DNA of 42,498 bases from Gemmatimonadales bacterium (GTDB lineage Bacteria > Gemmatimonadota > Gemmatimonadetes > Gemmatimonadales > GWC2-71-9): the NCBI GenBank assembly GCA_036732805.1, contig DAINBS010000001.1:1-42498 (forward strand). Direction: 5' to 3'. Made by a program: the position numbers and the translations under genes. Numbering within the stretch: the stretch's first letter is position 1; every line of letters begins with the position of its first letter. Of this stretch, positions 1-8,489 are shown in pieces. The notes under the pieces are model-generated. The model saw only the letters and a list, made by a program, of their open reading frames with translations. It was not told where the DNA came from and searched no databases.

Positions 1-2
1 GC

Positions 3-398
3 CGGTGGATCAGCGGCGGCTTCCGGGTGAGTCTCTCGCCGAGGCGCTCCGCCGTCACCCCACCCGACGAGCGGCTTCGGGCAACCGTGCGCCTGCCGAG
101 CCTCATCCCCGCGGACGCGCCGGAGCTGCGCCTCGTGTCGGCCGCGCTCGGAGTCCGCGTCATCACGATTCACGCGCCGCGCGCGGCGTCGGTGGAGCTG
201 GCCGCCGACTTCACGGATTGGCAGCCGGTACTGCTGCAGCCGACCGGACGGGACACGTGGCGGCTCGACCTCACGCTCGCTCCCGGCGTCTACCGTCTCA
301 ACGTCCGGATAGACGGCGGTCCGTGGAGCGTGCCGCGCGGCGCCACGCCGCAGGCGGATGAGTTCGGTTCCGTCGTGGGGCTCGTCGTGGTCCGCTAG
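3..398 (+). CDS. 3' fragment of a gene that starts upstream of the window; C-terminal AMPK-beta/CBM48-like (E-set, glycogen-binding type) domain
   Basis: The frame is open from the window edge to TAG 396-398 and has high GC3. Residues SVELAADFTDWQP..WRLDLTLAPGVYRLNVRIDGGPWSVP fit the beta-sandwich pattern of AMPK1_CBM/early-set domains. Confidence 0.6.
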   Translation, partial: RWISGGFRVSLSPRRSAVTPPDERLRATVRLPSLIPADAPELRLVSAALGVRVITIHAPRAASVELAADFTDWQPVLLQPTGRDTWRLDLTLAPGVYRLNVRIDGGPWSVPRGATPQADEFGSVVGLVVVR

Positions 399-478
399 CG
401 CCGCGCGCCCGTCGGGTCTAGGCTTAGCGCCATTCCCAATCACGGCCGCGCCGGGCAGCGGACGGCCGGCCACCCAGG

Positions 479-808
479 ATGGACTCCATGGACGAACCCA
501 AGCCCCCCCGCCGCCGCACCGAGCCGCTGCTCGACGAGCTGGGGACTGCCATCACCGCCGGCAAGGACGCCGTCGCGTTCCTGTGGCAGGTGCCCGGCGA
601 CACGGCGACGCGCGAGCGGGTGGCCGATCTGCTCAGCCGGATCCGCGACGGCTCGGCGCGCCAGGGGCGCACCGAGATGCCGCGGCTCTGTGAGGAGCTG
701 CTCGTGGCGGCGCGCGCGCAGCCCACGCCGCAACAGGTGGACATGCTGCAGGACGGCTTCGACCGCCTCTACAAGCTCTGGGCGGCGGCCAAGTCCGGCC
801 TGCTCTGA
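479..808 (+). CDS. hypothetical small helical protein (109 aa)
   Basis: ATG start, TGA stop and strong G/C third-position bias in this frame only. No motif recognised. Confidence 0.55.
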   Translation: MDSMDEPKPPRRRTEPLLDELGTAITAGKDAVAFLWQVPGDTATRERVADLLSRIRDGSARQGRTEMPRLCEELLVAARAQPTPQQVDMLQDGFDRLYKLWAAAKSGLL

Positions 809-822
809 CGCCGGGAAACGCG

Positions 823-1323
823 ATGAGGATGCCGCAGAGCGATGCCCCCCTGGTGGGCGTGATCATGGGCAGCCGGTCGGACTGGCCGACGCTTCAGCGG
901 GCAGTCGAAGTGCTCGAGACGCTCAAGGTGCCGCACGAGCGGAAGGTCGTGTCGGCCCATCGCACGCCGCAGCTCGCACGCGAGTACGCCGAGTTGGCGG
1001 AAGGCCGCGGCCTCGAGGTGATCATTGCCGGCGCCGGCGGCGCCGCTCACCTGCCGGGCATGGTCGCCGCGCTCACGGTGCTTCCGGTGATCGGGGTGCC
1101 CGTCGCGGGCCAGGCGCTCTCAGGGCTCGACGCGCTGCTCTCCATGGTCCAGATGCCGAGCGGGGTGCCGGTCGCCACCATGGCCATCGGTGAGTCCGGC
1201 GCCCGCAACGCGGGGTACCTGGCCGTGGCCATCCTCGGGCGCAAGCGGCCCGAGTACGCCGAGCGCCTCCGCGCGTACCGGGCGGCGGAGGCCGCGCGCG
1301 TCGCCGGCGAAGCGCTTCCCTAG
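823..1323 (+). CDS. purE: N5-carboxyaminoimidazole ribonucleotide mutase (PurE)
   Basis: [30 protein letters not shown] and PVIGVPV are hallmark PurE motifs. The 166-aa size is typical. The start could be ATG 823 or 829. Confidence 0.93.
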   Translation: MRMPQSDAPLVGVIMGSRSDWPTLQRAVEVLETLKVPHERKVVSAHRTPQLAREYAELAEGRGLEVIIAGAGGAAHLPGMVAALTVLPVIGVPVAGQALSGLDALLSMVQMPSGVPVATMAIGESGARNAGYLAVAILGRKRPEYAERLRAYRAAEAARVAGEALP

Positions 1324-1330
1324 GGGGACC

Positions 1331-2668
1331 ATGTCCAGCGAGCGCCCGCCCCTCCTGACACGCCTGCTCCAGCGCGCCGCGAAGGTCGAGCCGACCGAGA
1401 CCGCCGCGGTCGTCACCGCGTTCTTCCTCTTCTTCTGCGTGCTGGGCGGATACTTCGCCGTTCGACCGGTCCGCGAGACGGTCGGCACGATCCTGGGTCC
1501 CGAGCGAACCGCCGACCTGTTCGTGGGCACGTGGATCGCCTCCCTCGCGATCGTGCCGATCTACGGCACGCTGTGCGCCCGGTTCCGGCGCAGCACTTTC
1601 CTGCCCTGGGTCTACGGCTTCGTGGCCTTCGCGCTCGCGTCGGTGGGCGTGATCTTCCGGGCGTCGGACTCGAGCATCGTCGCGGCCCAGTTCTTCTTCG
1701 TCTTCATCAGCGTGCTCAATCTGTTCGTGGTCTCCGTGTTCTGGAGCTTCCTGCTCGAGCTCTTTGACGTGGATCAGACGAAGCGGCTGTTCGGCGTGAT
1801 CGCCGCGGGGGGCACCGCGGGCGCACTTGGCGGTCCGCTCCTGACCGACCTGACCGTCCGCTTCGTCGGCAACTCCGGGATCCTGTTCCTCGGGGCGGGC
1901 CTCTTCGTCTGCGCCATCATCCTCCAGCGCCTGCTGATCCGCCTCGGGCGGACCCGGCAATGGGGTGGACAGGGCGGGAGTCCGCTGGCGGACCGTCCCA
2001 TGGGAGGCAACCCGTTCGCCGGCTTCACCCTGATCTTCAAGTCCCCCTATCTCATCGGCATCGCCATATTCGTCGTGCTGCTGGCATCGGTCAACACGTT
2101 CCTGTACTTCGAGCAACTCCGCATCGTGTCGGCGACGTTCCCCGACCGGGAAGTCCGCACGCAGGTGTTCAGCCGCCTGGACTACACGGTGCAGACCCTG
2201 ACGATCCTCTCCCAGGTGCTCGTGACCGGCCGCCTCGCGTCGCGCTGGGGCGTCGGCGCCCTGCTGACCATCGTTCCGCTGGTCATGGTCTGCGGGTTCC
2301 TGATGCTCGCCGGACTGCACACGTTCCCCGTGTTCGCCGCGGTGATGATCGCCCGCCGCGTCGGGGAGTACGCGTTCATCCGTCCGGGCCGGGAGATGCT
2401 GTTCTCCCGCGTCGACACCGAGACCAAGTACAAGGCGAAGAACGCGATCGATGTGCCCGTCTACCGCGGCGGCGACGCGCTCGTCGCCCAGGTCGATTCC
2501 GCGCTCAGCGGCGCGGGCATGTCGGCGGCCAACCTCGCCCTGCTCGGAGCCGGCACGGCCGCGGCCTGGGGGGTGAACGGCTATCTGCTCGGCCGGGCCA
2601 ACGCCCGGGCCGCCGCCAAGGCCGGCTCGGGGGCCACCGGGCGGGCTCCGAACGAACGTACGATGTGA
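1331..2668 (+). CDS. MFS-type membrane transporter of the ATP/ADP-translocase-like (TLC/Npt) family
   Basis: ATG 1331 lies in frame inside track ORF 1190..2668, 8 nt after the purE stop. About 12 hydrophobic segments. The N-terminal pattern ..FFLFFCVLGGYFAVRPVRETVG resembles the Npt/TLC LRPxRD motif. Substrate unknown. Confidence 0.6.
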   Translation: MSSERPPLLTRLLQRAAKVEPTETAAVVTAFFLFFCVLGGYFAVRPVRETVGTILGPERTADLFVGTWIASLAIVPIYGTLCARFRRSTFLPWVYGFVAFALASVGVIFRASDSSIVAAQFFFVFISVLNLFVVSVFWSFLLELFDVDQTKRLFGVIAAGGTAGALGGPLLTDLTVRFVGNSGILFLGAGLFVCAIILQRLLIRLGRTRQWGGQGGSPLADRPMGGNPFAGFTLIFKSPYLIGIAIFVVLLASVNTFLYFEQLRIVSATFPDREVRTQVFSRLDYTVQTLTILSQVLVTGRLASRWGVGALLTIVPLVMVCGFLMLAGLHTFPVFAAVMIARRVGEYAFIRPGREMLFSRVDTETKYKAKNAIDVPVYRGGDALVAQVDSALSGAGMSAANLALLGAGTAAAWGVNGYLLGRANARAAAKAGSGATGRAPNERTM

Positions 2669-2760
2669 ATTACCCTTCACGAAACCTTCACTGACAGCAG
2701 GATCGCGGAACGCGGAATTGGGGGGGTAGCAGGCGTCCTCCATGTATCGAGGCTTGCCCC

Positions 2761-3480
2761 ATGCCCCAGCAGGTCCCGCGGCTGCTCGCGGTCTTCGCGG
2801 TCGTGATCGCCGCCCTGATCGTCGCACGGCGCGTGCTCACACCGCCGACATTCGGTGAATTGGGACATTACCGGGCGGTCGCGGTGGACTCGATCGCCGC
2901 ACGGCAGCTGAAGTACGCCGGGCGCCGGGCGTGCGCCGCGTGTCATTCACCGGTGGTGGAGCAGCACGCCGGTGGTAACCATGCCGGCGTGAGCTGCGAG
3001 GTCTGCCACGGGCCGGCGGCGGCGCACGTCGCCGCCCCGCTCGATACGAAGCCCGTGATTTCACGCGACCGCGCGCTGTGCGAACGCTGCCACGCCTTCA
3101 ATCCCTCGCGGCCGCTCGGCTTTGCGCAGATCGACACGGTGATGCACAACCCGCGCATGCCGTGTATCGGCTGCCATCGCCCGCACACGCCCGAGCCGCC
3201 GGTCGCGCCGCAGGACTGCAGCGCGTGCCACGGCCAGTTTGCCCGCCAGAAGGCGGTGTCCCGCCACGCGGCGCTCGCGTGCGAGACCTGCCACGAGACA
3301 CCGGTCGAGCATCGGACGAACCCCCGCGCGATCCGCCCCACCAAGCCCACGACCCGCGCGTTCTGCGGACAGTGCCATGGCAGTCCGGATACCGGCGCTC
3401 CCCAGGTAGACCTGCGGACGCACAACCAGTCCTATGTGTGCTGGCAGTGTCACTACCCGCATTATCCCGAGGCCAAGTGA
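2761..3480 (+). CDS. membrane-anchored octahaem c-type cytochrome (239 aa)
   Basis: Eight CXXCH motifs: CAACH, CEVCH, CERCH, CIGCH, CSACH, CETCH, CGQCH, CWQCH. N-terminal hydrophobic anchor LLAVFAVVIAALIVA. High GC3. Confidence 0.9.
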   Translation: MPQQVPRLLAVFAVVIAALIVARRVLTPPTFGELGHYRAVAVDSIAARQLKYAGRRACAACHSPVVEQHAGGNHAGVSCEVCHGPAAAHVAAPLDTKPVISRDRALCERCHAFNPSRPLGFAQIDTVMHNPRMPCIGCHRPHTPEPPVAPQDCSACHGQFARQKAVSRHAALACETCHETPVEHRTNPRAIRPTKPTTRAFCGQCHGSPDTGAPQVDLRTHNQSYVCWQCHYPHYPEAK

Positions 3481-4301
3481 TGCCCGACGCGCACGACATG
3501 CCGGATTCCTGGCCGCGCGAGGCGGAGCCCCCGAAGGAGGTGCGGGTGGACCGGCGCGCCTTCCTCGCCAACCTCCTCGCCGCGGCGGCGGCGGCGGGCT
3601 CCCCGATCCTGCTGGGCGCCGTCCGCCTGCCGCGGCTGGCGGCCCAGGACGACGGGCCCTACGACGCGTCGGAGCACTACTACGGCATCGGCCTCGACGT
3701 GAACAAGTGCATCGGGTGCGCACGTTGCGTCGCCGCCTGCAAGACCGAGAACGACGTTCCGCTGGAGCCTCACTACTTCAACACCTGGATCGAGCGCTAC
3801 ATCCTCCGCACCGACGGCAGTGTCGAGGTGGAGAGCCCGAACGGCGGGCTCGATGGCTTCGCGGGCATCGAGAACGCCGGCACCGTGCTCCGCACCTTCT
3901 TCGTCCCCAAGCTGTGCAACCACTGCGAGAACCCACCCTGCGTGCAGGTATGTCCGGTGGGAGCGACCTTCGTCAGTCAGGACGGCGTGGTCCTGGTGGA
4001 CGAGGACTACTGCGTCGGCTGCCGGTACTGCATCCAGGCCTGCCCGTACGGGGCGCGGTACCTCCATCCCGAGAAGCGCGTCGCAGGCAAGTGCACGTTC
4101 TGCTATCACCGCATCACGAAAGGCCTGGTCCCCGCCTGCGTCGAGGCGTGCCCCACGGGGGCACGGGTGTTCGGCGAGCTCGAGAACCGCGCCACGCCGC
4201 TCGCGCGCTTCATGCGATTCAACGACCTGCAGGTGCTGAAGCCCAACCTGAACACGAAACCGAAAGCCTACTACGCCAACCTCGACTACGAGGTGAGATA
4301 G
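3480..4301 (+). CDS. Tat-exported 4x[4Fe-4S] ferredoxin-type subunit (NrfC/PsrB/DmsB/ActB2-like)
   Basis: ATG 3480 shares its A with the upstream TGA. Twin-arginine motif VDRRAFLANLL. Four Cys clusters: CIGCARCVAAC, CNHCENPPCVQVCP, CVGCRYCIQACP, CTFC..ACVEACP. The N-terminal 134 aa of track ORF 3078..4301 are out-of-gene read-through. Confidence 0.9.
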   Translation: MPDAHDMPDSWPREAEPPKEVRVDRRAFLANLLAAAAAAGSPILLGAVRLPRLAAQDDGPYDASEHYYGIGLDVNKCIGCARCVAACKTENDVPLEPHYFNTWIERYILRTDGSVEVESPNGGLDGFAGIENAGTVLRTFFVPKLCNHCENPPCVQVCPVGATFVSQDGVVLVDEDYCVGCRYCIQACPYGARYLHPEKRVAGKCTFCYHRITKGLVPACVEACPTGARVFGELENRATPLARFMRFNDLQVLKPNLNTKPKAYYANLDYEVR

Positions 4302-4302
4302 C

Positions 4303-5493
4303 GTGCAGGGCTACATCTACCCGAACGAGTTCGAGCTCCAGTGGAGCCTGCTCATCGTGCTGTACCCGTACCTCACGGGGCTCGTGGCGGGCGCGTTCAT
4401 CCTGGCCTCGCTCGAGCGCGTGTTCAACGTCAGGGAGGTTCAGCCGACGTACCGGCTCGCCCTCCTGACCGCCCTCGCGTTCCTGATCGTCGCCCCCCTG
4501 CCGCTCATGGCCCATCTCGGCCATCCGGAGCGCGCCTTCGAGATGTTCCTGACGCCGAACAAGCGGTCGGCCATGGCCATGTTCGGCTTCGTCTACGCGT
4601 GGTACCTGATGGTGGTGCTGCTGCTCGAGATCTGGTTCGACTACCGGCGGGACATCGTGATCTGGGCCCGGCAGTCCACGGGCATCAGGCGCTGGATCTA
4701 CTATGGGCTCACGCTCGGGGCCACCGACCTCTCGCCCCGGACCCTCGCGTTCGACGACAGCGCCGGACGCTGGATCACCGTGATCGGCATCCCGTCGGCC
4801 TTCCTGCTGCACGGCTACGTGGGTTTCATCTTCGGGTCCGTGAAGGCGAATCCGTGGTGGAGCAGCGTACTGATGCCGGTCGTGTTCCTGTTCTCCGCCA
4901 TCGTGTCGGGGATCGCCCTCGTCCTCGTCATCTACATGCTGACGACGATGCTGCGGTGGCGGAAGATCGACATGGCATGCCTCGACAAGCTCGCCCAGTT
5001 CCTGTTCTACGCGCTGATCGTGGACGCCTCGCTCGAATCGCTCGACTTCATCCACCGCCTGTACGAGGCCGAGGAGTCCATCGACATTCTGGCCCAGCTC
5101 GTCCAGAACCGGTTGTTCATCAGTCTCATCGTGCTGCAACTGCTGATCGGGACGCTGATCCCGCTCGTCGCGCTCGGGTTTGCGTCTCCCGCGTTGCGAA
5201 AGGGCGGGTTCCTCCGTATCCCGCCCGAGCTCCGGCAGCTGATCTATCTCGTTGCCGCCGTCTTCGTGCAGATCGGGATTTTCAGCATCCGGTGGAACGT
5301 GGTGATCGGTGGCCAGCTCTTCTCGAAGAGCCTGCGGGGGCTCACGGTCTACAAGGTCCAGCTCCTGGGCATCGAGGGACTGGCCATGACCATGGTGCTG
5401 CTGGCCCTGCCCTTCGTCATCCTGTGGGTGCTGGCGAAGCTCCTGCCGCCATGGCCGGACCGCGTGCCGCAGGACGACGTCGCAGCGACGTGA
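4303..5493 (+). CDS. NrfD/PsrC-family polytopic membrane quinone-interacting subunit
   Basis: GTG 4303 lies 1 nt after the FeS gene stop. 396 aa with about 8-10 TM helices. The N-terminus W.LLIVLYPYLTGLVAG is typical of the NrfD family. The gene order (haem, FeS, NrfD) fits. Confidence 0.85.
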   Translation: MQGYIYPNEFELQWSLLIVLYPYLTGLVAGAFILASLERVFNVREVQPTYRLALLTALAFLIVAPLPLMAHLGHPERAFEMFLTPNKRSAMAMFGFVYAWYLMVVLLLEIWFDYRRDIVIWARQSTGIRRWIYYGLTLGATDLSPRTLAFDDSAGRWITVIGIPSAFLLHGYVGFIFGSVKANPWWSSVLMPVVFLFSAIVSGIALVLVIYMLTTMLRWRKIDMACLDKLAQFLFYALIVDASLESLDFIHRLYEAEESIDILAQLVQNRLFISLIVLQLLIGTLIPLVALGFASPALRKGGFLRIPPELRQLIYLVAAVFVQIGIFSIRWNVVIGGQLFSKSLRGLTVYKVQLLGIEGLAMTMVLLALPFVILWVLAKLLPPWPDRVPQDDVAAT

Positions 5494-5524
5494 TCGTCGC
5501 GATGACGGACGGCGCGACGAAAAA

Positions 5525-5546
5525 GGGGCGGCCAACGAGCCGCCCC
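5525..5546 (-). terminator. intrinsic terminator for the cytochrome b operon (possibly bidirectional)
   Basis: GGGGCGGC-caacga-GCCGCCCC. On the minus strand the stem is followed by TTTTT (complement of AAAAA 5520-5524). A second hairpin, CTGACCG(5564-5570)/CGGTCAG(5579-5585), lies directly after the cyt b stop. Confidence 0.7.
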
Positions 5547-5588
5547 TTCCCTCGCTCCGCCATCTGACCGTTCCCTTCCGGTCAGAGC

Positions 5589-6686
5589 CTACGCCGTCGG
5601 GTTCGCGGCGTACCCGAGAATGGTCAGCACGATGATGAAGGCGATGATCCCGAGGCCGATCCAGGTGATCAGCGGACTGGCCTCGCCGCGCGATGCGCGC
5701 CGGTCCACGAACGGGATCAGGGCGAGGAACACTCCCCCGATGCCGAAGGCCAGGATGCCCACCACCTCTCCCTCGAACACGAGGATGTGCGCCGGCAGGT
5801 ACTTCAGCGTCTGGAACATGAACATGAAGTACCACTCGGGCTTGATCCCCGCCGGCGCCGACGCGAACGGATCGGCCTTCTCCCCGAGGTGGGCCGGCAT
5901 GAAGGCGGCGAGAGCCGCCAGCACGGCCAGCGCCGTCAGCCATCCGACCAGGTCGCGGAGGAAGAAGTTCGGAAAGAACGGCATCGAGCGCTTCGCGCCG
6001 CTGGACTGCTCGACGGAGCGGGGCGTGCTCATCCCGTGCCGCTGCACGAGGTACAGATGCAGCCCGAGCATCACCATCGCGATGGCCGGCAGGATGGCCA
6101 CGTGCACCGCATAGAAGCGCGTCAGCGTGGCGCCGGTGACATCGTCTCCGCCACGGAGCACGCGCAGCATGGACTCCCCGACGACCGGGACGACCGCGAT
6201 GATCTGCGTTCCCACACGGGTCGCGAAATACGCCAGCTCGTTCCAGGGCAGGAGGTACCCCGTGAATCCGAACGTCAGCGAAAGCGCGAACAGCACGAAT
6301 CCGGAGAGCCAGGTGAGCTCCCGGGGCTTGGCGTATGCCTTGAGGAGCAGAACGCTGAACAGGTGGAGGAACAGCGCCACGATCATGAGGTTCGCGGCCC
6401 AGTGGTGGATCGACCGGACCAGCCAGCCGAACTGCACCTCCGCCATCAGGAACTGGATCGACTCGTAGGCCTCTTCGGCGCTCGGGCGGTAGTAGATGAG
6501 CAGGAGGATGCCCGTCCCGACCTGCACCATGAAGAGGAAGAGCGTCATCCCTCCGAGGTAGTACCAGAGGGTATGGCGGTGGACCGGGACCTTCTTCTTC
6601 CTGGCGAGCTCGCCGATCGGCGCGAGGCCGAGCCGGTCGTCGAGCCAGGTCCAGACCGCTTCCAGCTTCCCTCGCAGTGGTGGCAT
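5589..6686 (-). CDS. cytochrome b of a Rieske/cyt b complex; b6-like core fused to a subunit-IV-like part
   Basis: His pairs sit in [20 protein letters not shown] and [24 protein letters not shown]. The PEWYF Qo-site motif is in the C-terminal half. 365 aa. Confidence 0.93.
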   Translation of the reverse strand: MPPLRGKLEAVWTWLDDRLGLAPIGELARKKKVPVHRHTLWYYLGGMTLFLFMVQVGTGILLLIYYRPSAEEAYESIQFLMAEVQFGWLVRSIHHWAANLMIVALFLHLFSVLLLKAYAKPRELTWLSGFVLFALSLTFGFTGYLLPWNELAYFATRVGTQIIAVVPVVGESMLRVLRGGDDVTGATLTRFYAVHVAILPAIAMVMLGLHLYLVQRHGMSTPRSVEQSSGAKRSMPFFPNFFLRDLVGWLTALAVLAALAAFMPAHLGEKADPFASAPAGIKPEWYFMFMFQTLKYLPAHILVFEGEVVGILAFGIGGVFLALIPFVDRRASRGEASPLITWIGLGIIAFIIVLTILGYAANPTA

Positions 6687-6688
6687 CC

Positions 6689-7171
6689 TCAGGTCCCTCG
6701 ACTGACGACGATCTGATCGCCGCGAACGTTCACGGTGAAGGCCTCCAACGGCCGCGGCGGGGGCCCCTGGATGTTGATGCCGTTGAGGTCGAAGTGGCCG
6801 TTATGGCACGCGCACCACAGGTGCCCGAGATCCGGCCGGTGCTGCACGATGCACCCCAGGTGCGTGCACGCCGCCGAGAAGGCGCGCAGTTCGCCGGTGG
6901 GGGTTCGCACGAGAATCCCCGGCTGGTTTCCGAACTTGAAGACCCTTGCCGAGTTCGGCTCGATGTCCGCCGGGGTGAAGGGCAGCGTGACGGACGAGGC
7001 GGCGGATTCCGCGCTTGGCGGCGGGACGACGTATCGAGCCACCGGATAAAACACCGCGACGATGAGCCCACCGGCGCTGGTGCTCAGGATCCATGTCGTG
7101 AGCGTCCGACTGAGCAGCCAGTCCAGGAACGTCCGCCGGGTCGGCGGGCCGGAACGTGGCGGGTGCGTCAT
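6689..7171 (-). CDS. Rieske [2Fe-2S] subunit with Tat signal
   Basis: Cluster boxes CTHLGC and CACHNGHF. N-terminal [11 protein letters not shown] twin-arginine motif followed by a TM helix. The stop lies 2 nt upstream of the cyt b start. Confidence 0.92.
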   Translation of the reverse strand: MTHPPRSGPPTRRTFLDWLLSRTLTTWILSTSAGGLIVAVFYPVARYVVPPPSAESAASSVTLPFTPADIEPNSARVFKFGNQPGILVRTPTGELRAFSAACTHLGCIVQHRPDLGHLWCACHNGHFDLNGINIQGPPPRPLEAFTVNVRGDQIVVSRGT

Positions 7172-7211
7172 GTGGGGTCTCCCGCGGGTGGTTGAAGCAC
7201 CGGGCTGGAGG

Positions 7212-8489
7212 TCATGTCCCGCTCTCCAGCTGCCGAATCCTGAGAATCAGGCCGCCGATGAGCAGCACGATGACCGCCGTGGAAACACCCAGGCCGACGC
7301 GGCGGAACCGGAGGTCGTCCAGCGCCGCGAGCCCGCGCTTGATGGACGAGCCCGTGACCACGAGTCCCTCGTCAACATGGTGCTGGACCGAGTCGAGCGA
7401 GAAGGCATGGATCGCCGTTCGCGCCTGGAGCAGGGACGTCTGGGCGTTCGTCAGATCCACCTGCGGCTGGCTGACCTCCATACCCGCCCGCTCTGCCTCG
7501 CCGAGCAGCGAGTCTGCCAGCGCGAAGTCCTTCGTCAGCGAGTCGATGGCCGTCCGCATCGCCGCAGCCACGATCCCGCCGCCCGCGCCCTCGACGTGAC
7601 AGCGAGCGCAGACCGCACCCTCACCCAGCCCCAGCAGCGTGTCCGACGTCCGGGCCACCGCGTGGTTCCCGTGGCACGCGGCACAGCCCGGCATGCCCAT
7701 CGCCGTGAACACGCGCGAGTGGAAGCTCGCCGCGAAGTAGCCCGCCATCACCGAATGGCACTGCCCGCAGACGTTGCCCACCCAGTCGACTCCCGGGGGG
7801 GCCGCTCCGTGATTGCCGTGGCAGTCGTTGCAGGTCGGGGCCGACCGGTCATGCTCGACGGAGAGCGCCGCCCAGTGCGCGCTCTCCCGGTACCGGTCCA
7901 GCTGATCCGTCGGAATGCCGTACTCCTGCATGTAGGTCGAGTCGCCGTGGCAGTGGCCGCAGGTCGTCGCGACGTTCTCCGGCGCCACCGACGATCGCGC
8001 GTCACTGGGGGGCTGGATCTGGTGCGGCGTGTGGCAGCTGCTGCACGTCGCCACCTTCTCATCGCCCATCCCGAATAGACGCTGTCCATGAATCGACGCC
8101 GAGTACTCGGTCACCTGGTCCACGCGCAGTGCCGGGTTGTACTGGCGCATGAAGGCGGCATCGGCGTGACACCGCCCGCAGACCTGGACCACCTGGCGGC
8201 CGACCGGCCGCCCGACGAACCCCTTCCGGGGATCCATGCTCGCGAAGCCCGGCGCCGACGGGTCGCCGCCGTGGCAGCTCACGCACCCGAGGCCACGCTG
8301 GGCGTGAATATCGTCCGCTTGATAGCGCGTGACCGGCTGCGAGAGTCGCTCCATCGGTAGCGCTTCGTGGCAGGAAGCGCACATGTCGCGCGCGACACTG
8401 TCTGACGGGGTCTGGGCGCGCACGGCATTTGGCTGACCGCAGACCACCAGCGACAGCACCAGGCCCGATATCACCGCCCCACGCTTCAT
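7212..8489 (-). CDS. nonahaem c-type cytochrome with C-terminal transmembrane anchor (425 aa)
   Basis: ATG at 8489 (MKRGAVISGLVLSLVVCG.. signal peptide). Nine CXXCH: CASCH, CVSCH, CGRCH, CSSCH, CGHCH, CNDCH, CGQCH, CAACH, CARCH. A helical region is followed by TM helix VGLGVSTAVIVLLIGGLILRI. The upstream part of track ORF 7212..9761 is read-through. Confidence 0.88.
   Translation of the reverse strand: MKRGAVISGLVLSLVVCGQPNAVRAQTPSDSVARDMCASCHEALPMERLSQPVTRYQADDIHAQRGLGCVSCHGGDPSAPGFASMDPRKGFVGRPVGRQVVQVCGRCHADAAFMRQYNPALRVDQVTEYSASIHGQRLFGMGDEKVATCSSCHTPHQIQPPSDARSSVAPENVATTCGHCHGDSTYMQEYGIPTDQLDRYRESAHWAALSVEHDRSAPTCNDCHGNHGAAPPGVDWVGNVCGQCHSVMAGYFAASFHSRVFTAMGMPGCAACHGNHAVARTSDTLLGLGEGAVCARCHVEGAGGGIVAAAMRTAIDSLTKDFALADSLLGEAERAGMEVSQPQVDLTNAQTSLLQARTAIHAFSLDSVQHHVDEGLVVTGSSIKRGLAALDDLRFRRVGLGVSTAVIVLLIGGLILRIRQLESGT

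Noticed and set aside
479-808. HPt (histidine phosphotransfer) domain call for the 109-aa helical protein
   Set aside because: The protein contains no histidine at all, so it cannot be a functional HPt. It is left as hypothetical.
1073-2827. Very long antisense or out-of-frame ORFs. Examples are 1073..2827(-), 4219..5943(-), 27922..29358(-), 28164..30893(+), 29680..31323(-), the upstream part of 32803..35511(-), 41021..42475(-), and the N-terminal extensions of 10006..12162 and 11984..14671.
   Set aside because: They have Arg/Pro/Gly/Ala-dominated low-complexity translations and lack G/C third-position bias. Each overlaps a gene with clear family motifs in another frame. They are typical stop-codon-poor shadows in roughly 70% GC DNA.
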